From: Rhizodiscina lignyota
Lineage: Eukaryota
Length of the DNA stretch: 64,000 nt
NCBI GenBank assembly: GCA_010015805.1
Contig: ML978124.1
Span: 1,922,001-1,986,000, forward strand
Direction of reading: 5' to 3'
In this document: one piece after another, positions 53,200 through 64,000 of the stretch
Position numbering within the stretch: the stretch's first letter is position 1
How the letters are laid out: every line of letters begins with the position of its first letter
Notes under the pieces: model-generated
Told to the model about the DNA's origin: nothing
What the model saw: only the letters and a program-made list of their open reading frames with translations
Database searches by the model: none
Program-made: the position numbers and the translations under genes

Positions 53200-53493
53200 C
53201 CCGCGAGAAGCTTTCCTGAGCGCCCTGGGGTCGAAGCTCGGAGCAGAGCTTCAAACGTCTTACCCGCAGACCGCAACACCGCAGGAGCTTGCGGCCGTAG
53301 ACAATAACTACATAGCGGAGGGACGGTAAGGTGCTGACTTCCTTCATTTATCACTTTCGTCCTCATCTTTCTCTGAAGCCAGCCTTTGTTGGCTGAATAA
53401 GTTCTGCGTCGATTTTGACCCGCACTCACCAGACGAATACGCACGCTTCTACAGCTTAAATATCACCACCTGTCTAGCTGAAACTCCTGCGCG

Positions 53494-54553
53494 ATGCCCA
53501 TCCCAAAATCGGAAGTTGTCAGCGATGTCTGGCGAGATGGCATCTTCGCCAACAAAGTCCTCTTCTGCACTGGCGGTGCGGGTTCAATCTGCAGCGCTCA
53601 GGTACGCGCCATGGTCTACCTAGGAGCCAACGCGTGCATCCTGGGCCGCAACGTCGAGAAGACAGAGTCGATGGCAAGGGATATTGCAACAGCGAGGAAA
53701 GGCGCAAAAGTCCTGGGTCTGGGAGCCGTGGATGTGCGAGACGCCAAGGCCATGGAGCAGGCGGCGGAGAGGTGTGTGCAGGAGCTGGGCAGCATAGACT
53801 TTGTGATGTGAGACGCACCATACTTCGAGCACGAGAGAATAATTATGGCTAACGAGTTCACAGTGCCGGAGCAGCTGGAAACTTCCTCGCGCCCATGGAC
53901 CAGCTCTCCGCAAACGCCTTCAAGACCGTCATCGACATCGATGTCATCGGCTCATACAACACCGTTAAAGCCACCATGCCTTACCTCAAGCGCTCCGCCC
54001 ACCAGCACCAGACCAACGGCGGTCCGACACCAACCACTGGTACAGGCGGCCGTATCATCTTCGTCTCAGCAACGATACACTACACCGGCGCTCCTCTACA
54101 AACACACGTGAGCGCTGCGAAGGCTGGCGTTGACGCGCTTGCACACGCAGTGTGCATTGAGCAAGGTCCTTGGGGCGTGACGAGCAATGTCATTGCTCCT
54201 GGACCGATCGGCGGAACGGAAGGTATGGAGAGACTAGCGAAGCACAGTGATGTTGCCAACAGCCAGAAGAGGATACCGGCGGGACGATGGGGTACGGTAA
54301 AAGAGATTGCAGACGCGACGGTGTACTTGTTCAGTGACGCTGGCAATTACGTTAATGGCGAGATTCTCGTTGGTAAGTGGCATCTCATTCATGAAGACCA
54401 TGAACAGATCGTACTAATAGTGATGCAGTTGATGGAGGAGCGTGGCATCGATCCGGAACCAACAATCCTGGCAGTGATTGGGAGTATCCAGACTTCCTGC
54501 TCTCCGGGAGGGGTGTTACGGGAGTGAAAGGGGGCAAGAAATCGAAGTTGTAG
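53494..54553 (+). CDS. SPS19: Peroxisomal 2,4-dienoyl-CoA reductase (SDR), 2 introns, PTS1 SKL
   Basis: TGGAGSIC, GAAGNFLAP, SANAFKTVIDID, AAKAGVD, IAPGPIGGTEGMERL; last exon ends KGGKKSKL*. Confidence 0.93.
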
Positions 54554-57443
54554 GCCAAACAGTTCCCGTCTGTGGATTATTTACATTCCAGATGTTACGG
54601 AAGATTTCCGATACATCCGAGGAGGCTGTTTTGTCCGGTACTGTTCAGGAGAGGTTCATCGTCCTCAGAAGACCTAGGGAGCGGTTCAATGCGTTAGTGG
54701 ACCATCCGCGTTTTGACGCGTCCTCGAGTCAGCGGAGAAGCTCTTCAAATCTTCATGATAGCGTTTCGAGCTCCCTCGACCTTCCTAAATTGCGATCGTC
54801 TAGTCTCCACGATATATATAATCGGATCTGAAACTGTAATCGCATGACATCACTTCTTCAGTTAAGATCGCGATCTTCCGTGAGATGTGGTCTGATGCGC
54901 ACAGAGCCGCTGTCGTCCCCAACGACGTGCGTCTATCGGACTATCCCAATCAAAATAGATTGGTTGGGCAGTAAACAACCCGTGTCTGAGCTGTCGCAAC
55001 ACACTGTTTGCTGTTGTCGCACTTCTAAGAGCATCCAATGATCACGCGCGTCTCGTATACTGCTACATTCCGGCGCCCCGTGATGATATCATATACGAAA
55101 AATAAGAAAGGGGACGTCAGTGCGTAGCGAAAATGTACGCTTCTGGAAGGCCAAGAGTGGACGTTTCATGTTTTGGCAGCCAGCAAACCTGGCGCTTGTT
55201 TTGAACCAAAGGGCAGATCCAAATCTGGGAGGCGAGTGCGACCAGGGAGCCACCCGCTGACAACCGGTAGTGGCACACGGCGCCACGCCCGGCGCGAGTA
55301 AGTGCTTGACTCGGCTTGTCTGCAGATCGCAGGGGAGAAGGATTCTGGCAAATTTTAAAGTGCTTGGTGACGATTGTGGAGAAATCTTGAAAGCGAAACA
55401 GCGGACGCAAGTCCGTTTTGCTCAACGGATTTGCTTCTGAAGCGGTGGCCTGTCGGCAGCTTGATGGTGTCCATGATTTGTATAGAAAGTCTGGGCACGG
55501 CGGTTTGGAAAGCTGCGTCTGCGGGAAGGGGACCCGCAAACTCGGGCCTTGGTGGGTTTTGATGCAAAATTGGGATGGGCGCTTGGTATGACTTGGTATG
55601 ACATTGGTGGAAGAGCAGAGGCTCCATTGCCCCGGATCCGAAGCGCTTCGATGACCAAAAGACTTTCTTTCTCCATGTGTGGTTCTGAGAATCGCGTTTA
55701 GGTATCTTTCCGGACAATTCACGTTGCGATGTGTCTGGATCTTCGTGAGATTGCGCAAGCCTTTCATGTGAGTGGTTGGATATTCGAGGGTTGGCAGGAA
55801 AATGGACCCTTTGATGCACCTCAGCCGGCGGGAGACAAGCATCTGAAAGCTGAAGACAAGCTGCACCAAAGTCTTCATGCTGCTTTTCGCTCGCCGGTTT
55901 TCTCCATCAGGTTTGTTGTACCGCATCTTGCCTCCGCTAACCAAGAATTGCGTGCGTTCGGCAAGCAGGTGCCGTGAAGAGTGGCGGCAATGGCAGAAGA
56001 TGTGGATCTCCGCTGACAACATAGGCAGCTGGACAGTGGAAACAAGTACTTCCAGCTGTGTGCCAGGGTCGTGAATATAGATCTACGTGCAGCGAGCTTG
56101 CCTCTTGTCGGTCTTGTCATGCTTGAAGCTTCGCCACCTCCGCACGTCGTGTTCAACAGCAGCATGCAAGACTAAGACGTGCTTGGCTGTGGTACCGTCA
56201 AGTCGAGTAAGTGTGAGATGGGGCAATAAATTACATCAGCATGAGCTCGAATGATGAGCGAGCGTGTGTGGGATGTCTGTGGACTTGCAGCCGGGATGGA
56301 TACAATTGCGGTGCCATTTTCTCCATGTGTGCGGCATCAGTGGGAATGGTGACTTCGCGAGGTGGCCTCTTTATCCGCCGTCTTCATGGATCCCTGGTAG
56401 AGGTGGTGGTTCCCCACGACAAAGGTGTGGCAGGCCAATGATAAGAGAGCGACGCTTGGAATGACGAATGCGGGAGCGAGCTCGTTTCAAGCAGTGTCCG
56501 CCAAGCACGGCATTCTGGAGGATTCGAGATGGAATTGCGAGCGGCGTGGCATCGGCGAGGGCAGTGGAGAGAGTGGGCCACGAGCCGCGCGCGACGAGTG
56601 AGAGGAGTCGGATGCGAAAGAGAGGCTCTCGCTGCAAACCTGCACAGTCGCTGGCGCACAGGCGATCACGTCTGGATAATGCCTGCAACATGTGCACCGA
56701 TGGGGCATGGCGGGTATTGAATATCGACGTCGGTGCTCGTTTGGGCGATCGACGCTGAGACGCACGTTGCCCACCTGCAGCACTTTTGCTCGCTGCGCTT
56801 CCCGCGTCCACCACCAAAAACGCTCCACTCTCTCCCCATCGTGCTGCCTCTCACCTCACTCCCCACCCACACGCCTACCTCTCCCAATTCGTGCCCTTTC
56901 CTCTCGTTTCTCTGCTCGCTTTCCTCTGCCCTGCCAGCGAGGGAAAAGACTCGGCTGCGGTCCGGTCGACACGCTCGCAACACCCTACCATGCGAAATCC
57001 CTTTTAACGCCCTCTGTTGACCACAGAGCTTCTCCGCACCGCGACCACGCCCCGACCTCTTCATTTCTACGTGCGTCGAGCTTGCATCCAGCCGAGCCGG
57101 GCCTCTACTTTCTGTTGCACAAACTTTTCAACCCCGCAGCTGCCATTGTCCTGCAATTGACTGCTGCTAACAATCGCTGCTCGATCCTTGCCGGCCTCCA
57201 TTCGTTCACCACCGAGAGCCTCCACGAGCTTCACAGCACCACGCTCGACTTCGCAAACTTCCTTTCACGTAATTTACAAACAATCTCGACCCTCTGCCGC
57301 GGAGGCAGCATCCATCGCTTGACAAACGCCCCTCGTTACCAACACTCCGCGGCTCCACCCTCACTCAACAAACTTCTTCGACCCTGAAAATAAAAGCTCA
57401 CGAACGAATGTCACCTACTACAACGACCTTTCCATAACCGACA

Positions 57444-59135
57444 ATGTACCATCCAACAAGAAGATGGAGGGGACTCTCCCCCTTGCGAATTGGGAGCTTG
57501 TGGCCTGCGATCTTGGTCCTCTCCCTATCTCTAGTCACTCCGACTAGTGCCGACAACTTGAAGCAGGCCTACTGCTCCAATCAGAACACCGCCGAAACAG
57601 ATGCTTGTATGTCTTGGAACACTGCCACTGCTTAGAATTCATAGGGCTGACTGTTTTACTATAGCATCGGATACGTGGCAGTCAAATGGCCTCTGCAAAA
57701 CCACCTGCCAAGCCAACTACGCCCTCGCCATTGTCCAAGGTGCCAACTGCTGGTGCAGCAACTTTGTGCCAGCAGCCCAGTCGTCTGTTAGCGAGTGCAA
57801 CAAGAAATGCCAAGGCTACCCCTACGAGAACTGCGGCAATGTGGACACTGGAATGTTCGGCTACATTCTGCTGGACAAGGCAGTATCTGGCACATCTTCG
57901 GCGAGTACGGCAAGCAGCACTTCAACGTCCGCATCATCTCAAGTGAGTATGACCCTTCTGTTCTACCCCAGCCCCGACGTGACGGCATGGAGCGTTCTCT
58001 TCCCCTTTTGAAATTTGGTCATATTCTATTTGTAATTCCCCATGCCTCTTCGTATCTTGCAACGCGTCATGTGCACACACGCTTAGTCGCGTCGGAGTTT
58101 GCTTTCTGAGACTTCCGACCCAATTTTTGTCTGGCGTTCGAGTTTGAAGTTTGACAATTGCTGCGCAGACTGCGGACGCGCAAGACTCCTCCTCTTCTTC
58201 TGCGCAGGCGCAGACCGTCTTCAACTCCGTCTCCGTTACCGTTACGAATGACCATACTCTCACGCTTTCTCCTTCTGTAATTATTCACACCGTCACGGAT
58301 GTACGCTCGTCCTGCCATTTGTTTGTGTCAATTCATCTTACTAACACCGAAGCCGTTAGACGCCGACCTCGACTTCTACGCCCCCAACGACCTCAAGCAC
58401 CTCAACGACATCTTCGACATCCTCGACATCCTCGACTTTTACAACCTCTACGACCCACTCGACTTCATCCACATGGACTCCTACTCCAGTTACCAGTGTC
58501 CAGGTAATCACCATTAGCAATACGCCTGTTACCCAAACCGTGACCAGCATGCCCACAGCGCCACCTAGTGATCAAGCTTCGACTCAACGCGTCCAATCCA
58601 AAGGCGTGTCTGCCGGCATTATTGCTGCCATCGTCATTGCTGTGGTGGCAGGCGTGCTCCTGATTGTTGCTGTTCTGTTCTGCTGCTGGCGAAGGCGCAG
58701 GAATCAACTTCAGGACCAGCAAGCCACTGTTGGAATGGTTGACTCAGGCTCTTCGAACAAACCGACTCGTAACACGAGCACGATGAGCAGGCAAGGCTTG
58801 CTCGAGAAAATCTACCCTTCAGCAGCAGTTGTTCAGAGAAGCCAACAGGGCAGTCAGAGCAACACCCTTCCAAACGACGGCAGCGATGGAATGAGCCCAT
58901 CGAGCGAGAGGCGCCAGTCCAGGCTGATATTTTACGATCAGAGGTTGAATCCGACTGAGCTGATGACCCATGACAACGGCTCGAGGATTAGCAGCAACAC
59001 TCTACCAGACAATCGTGACTTCTCCAGGACGCTAAACGTGAGTAACCCACCTCGTTTTCACCTTATGAGAACGTATTAACGATCAAATAGGTCAGGAATC
59101 CAGATCCGGTCGATCCCCTTGACTGGGAACCTTGA
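57444..59135 (+). CDS. WSC1: WSC-domain cell wall integrity sensor, 4 introns
   Basis: Signal peptide, Cys-rich WSC domain (YCS, QSNGLC, CWCSN, C.GYPYENCG), S/T stalk, TM (GIIAAIVIAVVAGVLLIVAVLF), tail DQRL...DFSRTLNVRNPDP. Confidence 0.88.
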
Positions 59136-60471
59136 GCTTCTCTCGCTTCTTTCCTTCCGTCAACATTGGTGCATGATCTTTTAGCATTGGCGTAACAGGC
59201 GTGCCTCAGGGCGCTGGGTGGGAATACCAAACTTTTTCACGAGCATTGCAATGGACTTTACCCCGAGCGTGGGGAACACTTTCTTGAGTCCCACCCCGTA
59301 CACGGCTGTCACGGAAACACACGACCACGAGTTCCTTTTCTCTTTCTCTCACCAGAATTGCCCCGACGGCCTAGTGTGTATTTGTAGTTTTGCTTCTTTT
59401 GGGCGACGGTTGGGACGGGAACTTTTTTCATGTACATATGTTTTAGTGTCAAGGAAAAGTTGAACTGCAAATAGTTTGGGGGGTTGAGGATGGCAACGGC
59501 CAGCTAAGGTCGATAATAAGCAGTGATAGGCTCCCAATAGGGGATAATTGAAAGTCAAGGGCTTCAAATGACTACCATTATATACCTAGATCCTTTGAAG
59601 TAAATGCGTGTTTGAGTTTGTCAGAATAGTTGAGCCACAGCTACAGTGTATTGAACTACCAAGCTGTACATCCTCTTAGGTCAACACAAGTTGCGCACGT
59701 TGAAGCTGTGTTTCCTCAATAAATACCGTCCGAAGAATGTCAGATCACGAGTCCAGACTCGCTCTTGTTTATGTTAAAGAGCAAGACTTGCTTAAATTTC
59801 ATCCTTTCAAGCTGTATCAGGTTCAACTATTTTGTCACACTCTAGTACGAGAGCTATAGTATGTATTAAAGTCGGCTATGTTTAATAAAGCCGTCTGTAG
59901 CACTTCAGATCAAGCATCCCAAAGCGCTCTCACTGGTGCTGAAGGGCATAGTTCATTTAAACTTGACCATTTCAGACGATATCGGGCACAGCTATTTTGT
60001 CACCTTGACATGCGAGTCATGGTGCGTGAATATCAGATGCACGCACTCTAGCGTATCGCTGCTGAAGGGCGACCCTGTCCCACACCTCTGGACCTCCAAG
60101 CGTCTGACCTCCTTTGTGCACCACAAACAAGGCCACACAACGATTGCAAAGACATACCATAGCCTTGTTTCCGCCGGCGATTGAGCACTTCTGAAGGGAC
60201 AGCACGACGCCACATTACTCGAGAAAACGCCCCGAACCCACCGCCAACGTGAGATCTCGTGCCTCTGCTCGTGCGGCTCCCCGTCTCCACGAAGCTCGTC
60301 CGACCTCCATTGCTCCTTCCACGACGAGCACTACCGCCTTAGCGCCAAGCTCACGATATTCTCGCGAACGACTCTGTGGTCGCTGCAAGTTCCACGTACT
60401 CAAAGGGATACCTGTATCGCAGCAGGACGAGCTGAGGTGGGGGCTGATAACCCACCAGACACTCATACACG

Positions 60472-62026
60472 ATGAGCAAGATGTGGGAGGTGGACCCGGA
60501 GACCAAGAGCAAGCTGCTCGACATCCAGAAGGAGAATGACAACATGAAATGCGTCGATTGCGGCGCGCCGAGTCCGCAATGGGTATGTTTCGCGTCCCTG
60601 TCCTATCTATCTCATACATCTACATACACCCTCCTCCCCCCATACCTAAGCTTTATTCTCCCCCTTAGAACTCTAAGAGCCTAATTGATTTATGTGCCTG
60701 TCTACAGGCCTCCCCGAAGTTCGGCATCTTCATCTGCCTCTCCTGCTCCGGCATCCACCGCGGCCTAGGCGTGCACATCTCCTTCGTGCGCAGCATCACC
60801 ATGGACGCCTTCAAGGCCGCCGAGCTGGCGCGCATGTCCGCCGGCGGCAACGCGCCCTGGCGCCGCTTCTTCGACGCCCACCCCTCCAACAAGGCCGCGG
60901 GCATAACATTCGCCGAGGAGACCATCCAGGGCCGGTACGACTCTGAGGCCGGCGAGGAGTGGAAGGAGCGGCTGGCCGCGAAGGCGGAGGGCCGGGAGTA
61001 CGTGCCGCTGAGCGAGGACGCGAAGGAGAAGAGCAAGGCCGCGAGGGAGAGGGCGAAGGCGGGCGCGGATGCTGCGGCGGTGACGAGTGGGAGCAGGGGA
61101 AGTGGGCCCGGGAGCAGGTCCCAGACGCCGCTGAGCAAGACGCGGGATAATGGCGTCGCGGGCGGCGCGAGGACGAGCTCGCCCGGCCCGGGGAAGTCTG
61201 CGCTCGGCACGGGTGCGATGAACGCTGGCGGCGGGAGGAAGGCGCAGAACGAGGCGTATTTTGCAAAAATGGGTGCTGAGAATGCGGATAGGCCAGACCA
61301 TCTGCCGCCGAACCAGGGTGGGAAGTTTGGCGGGTTTGGGAGTGAGCCGATGCCTGCACAGCGACAGCAGGGAGGCGTGCAGTTGGGAGACTTCCAGCAG
61401 GACCCGGTGGCGGCGCTGACGAAGGGCTTTGGCTGGTTGAGCGCGACGGTGGGGAAGGGCGCGAAGGAAGGGTACGAGGGGTGGGTGAGGCCGGGGATGC
61501 AGAAGGTATGGTTGCTTCCGTCGCTCTGACTTTGCTCTTAGAGCTCCGACCTTGACACTGTGTGCTAATATGTACTGTACAGCTCGCCGAAGCAGACCTC
61601 GCATCGCAAGCCCGCGTCACCGCCCTCCAACTCGGCACGCAACTCCAGACCGGCACGAAGGTAGCATCCGACTCCTTCAGCCGCTTCGTCGAAGGAAACG
61701 GCTCCGACCCTAACAACCCGCGCTCCCCTCCCACCGACAAGCAAGAATTCTGGGACTCGTTCGGCGAGGCCCCGAGGAGCCCGCCAGCAGACAAGCGCGA
61801 ATTCTGGGACTCCTTTAGTGCAGCAGCGCCGGAAAAGACGAAGAAGGAGCCCGAGAAGAAGGATTTCTGGGACGAGTTTGCGGCGGCGGGAGATGTGAGG
61901 CAGGCGACGGCAGGACAAGGGCAAAAGAAGACCGGTGGAAGCATTGGGACGGCGGCGATGAGGAAACCAGCGGGCGGTGCTGGTGGAGGGGGTAAGAAGG
62001 AAGACGATACGTGGGGAGAGTGGTAG
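60472..62026 (+). CDS. GCS1: ADP-ribosylation factor GAP (Gcs1/ArfGAP1), 2 introns
   Basis: [44 protein letters not shown] zinc finger; NEAYF, LPPNQGGKFGGFGS; C-term WGEW. Confidence 0.94.
61718..61825 (+). repeat. Imperfect in-frame tandem duplication (2 x 54 nt) in GCS1 tail
   Basis: PRSPPTDKQEFWDSFGEA / PRSPPADKREFWDSFSAA; shared DNA core gaattctgggactc. Confidence 0.75.
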
Positions 62027-62586
62027 GCTGCTCTCTTGTGCTATTTGGTCTTGTAAGCATTGGGCAGGGCGAAGGCGTCTTGATATTAATAGCACTCGTC
62101 TAAAATGAATTTTCACCGCATTGCTCACATCGGATCCCTGATCAATCGGAGAGGCATGTGATTGAGGTGAATGGTGCAGGTGGATTTCCTATCCCTATCG
62201 TAAAGCCTTTATTCCCTTGGGGAAGCCAACACCGCTAACGCTGAATAATGTCGCTCGTGTGTGTTCCGTTTAACTTAACAACCCTCGCAGCCCCAGACCC
62301 AATCGACGAACCAAAGGAAAGCAGCGTGAAAGAAGATGGGGACAAGAAGCATGGGCAGAGCTTTCAGAAAGGGGCACGCGGCGTACGATAGCACTCCGAG
62401 CTTGAAGTAGGCGCGAGAGCTGCGCAGGAGCAGTGTCTGCACGTCGCTGTTTTCCGAAAGAAAAGGGGGAGTATCAGCATAAGTGTGGAAAAGTGAAATT
62501 TGGGTGTGGCTCGCAGTCTCCGAGAGATATCATGTTGCTTTGCTTGTGTTGCTGCAGATGTGAAGTGGAAGGCGGCAATGTTTCTT

Positions 62587-63524
62587 TTACTTTTGCATCA
62601 TCAACTGCACGAACTCGTTGTCTGCTCTGTAGTTAGCATTTGCACGTCTCAAGCTCCTAGAAGTGCGATCCGTACAGTCAATCCTGCCATCACCATCCTG
62701 GTCCGCCTCCCGGATCATCTCGTCGACCTCATCGTCGGTCAGCTTCTCGCCGATGCTAGTCATGACGTGACGCAGCTCGGCGGCGGAGATGAAGCCGTTG
62801 TTGTCGCGGTCGAAGACCTTGAACGCCTCACGGATCTCTTCTTCAGAGTCGGTGTCCTTCATCTTACGCGCCATCATGGTCAGGAACTCGGGGAAATCGA
62901 TGGTGCCGTTGTTGTCGGCGTCGACCTCGTTAATCATGTCCTGCAGCTCCGACTCGCTTGGGTTCTGGCCGAGCGAGCGCATCACTGTGCCCAGCTCCTT
63001 GGTGGTGATTTGTCCTGCGATTGCAGATGTCAGTTTTTTGGCTCATTCCTGATGGGTCTTGTGAGGTTCCGTGGAGCTGTGTCTCGTGCGCGCGGCTGGG
63101 GATTGATGTTGACCGGTTTGTGGAACGCAAGTTGGCAACATTGTATGAGACCAGGCAGTCGCGAAGGGAATTTGAATGAGATTGGCGAAGCAGAGTTCAC
63201 TCACCATCGCCATCTTTGTCCTGTATTGCAGGCAATTGCGTCAGCAAATGACATGGTAATACCAAGGGAAGTCGGGCGTTAGGCAGCAAGAAAGCTGGCA
63301 GCACATGTGTGATTGAGGTGACTTACAAAGAGGGAAAAGGCCTCCTTAAACTCGGACACTTGCTCTTCGGTGAGAGAATCGGCCTGAGTGGCATAGTCAG
63401 TGCTTCGATGATTTCATTGCTGCTGTATGCATGGTGGGGGAGAAGCGTCGCAGGGCAATTTTCAAGGCGGGGTACAGATCAAGGACCGGTGAGGACTTTG
63501 GAAGTGAGCAGGAGGGTTTACCAT
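62587..63524 (-). CDS. CMD1: Calmodulin, 4 introns (ATG-only first coding exon, 16-nt microexon)
   Basis: [52 protein letters not shown]...; four EF hands; ends VQLMMQK*. Confidence 0.98.
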
Positions 63525-64000
63525 TGCGAAGAAGGTGTCGCGGGGAGTGTGTGAAGTTGTTGGAGGATTTGGCGCGTGTTAGAGGGAGATACGGTGGAGT
63601 TTGTGGGTGTATGTGGTGTGAAGAGGGCGGTAGGGTGTTTTGTGGTCAAGCAACAGCGGGAATGAAGGGGAAGGCAGAGCTGAGACGACCGTACGTCAGG
63701 TGCTAGGCAACAAGTGGCTTAGCGCAGCGAGACAGAGCCGCGGTCACGTTGCAAGGCGAAGCAGCAACCTTGAATGAGATACTCCGTACAGCTGTAGGGA
63801 CGACTGGCAACCGCGCAATCACGAGCTGCTCTTTCACGAGGCGGCGGCGGAGGTGGTGAAGAAAGAGAAAGCACACTCTTGCAGAGAGCGCCTTGCTCTC
63901 TGCCTGCGTCATGTGGCGCGACAGGACCAACCTGTGAGATATTTTCCATGCCTGGGGAAGGCCAGCAATGGGCGCAGCAGCTAACTGCAGGCAGCTTCAT

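Noticed and set aside
55117..56022. 301-aa minus-strand ORF
   Set aside because: Non-ATG start, no recognisable domain, random-like composition; lies in the WSC upstream region. Cannot be supported without homology.
60765..61944. Long antisense ORFs (279 and 377 aa) over GCS1
   Set aside because: Shadow ORFs caused by very high GC3 in the real gene.
7216..62587. Cryptic PTS1 via TGA-CTA stop readthrough in the annotated genes
   Set aside because: None of the stop codons I checked has the TGA CTA context.

Overview
Gene-dense, intron-containing eukaryotic DNA from a filamentous ascomycete (Pezizomycotina; short GT-AG introns with CTRAC branch points). I recognised about 20 protein genes, mostly housekeeping: MDM12, a GFA/Mss4-like protein, an amidohydrolase, MCR1, an F-box-like protein, a GT1 UDP-glycosyltransferase, a CLC transporter, KAR3/klpA, YSA1-like Nudix, CTP synthase, velC, DUF1349, ATG3, TAZ1, MRPL8, MIC12, ARD1, ETF-beta, SPS19, a WSC sensor, GCS1 and calmodulin. 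There are also two micro-ORFs. I found no transposons, tRNAs or rRNAs. The most unusual feature is a 70-nt intron in CTP synthase that must be removed to restore the conserved frame; it has AT-AC termini but U2-type signals (ATATGT...GCTAAC...TAC). Other points of interest are a CLC with Gln at the proton-glutamate site, a UGT with an apparent signal peptide, a candidate poison exon in ARD1, and a candidate in-frame cassette exon in the WSC sensor stalk. All gene models were read by eye without database searches; exon boundaries are predictions.
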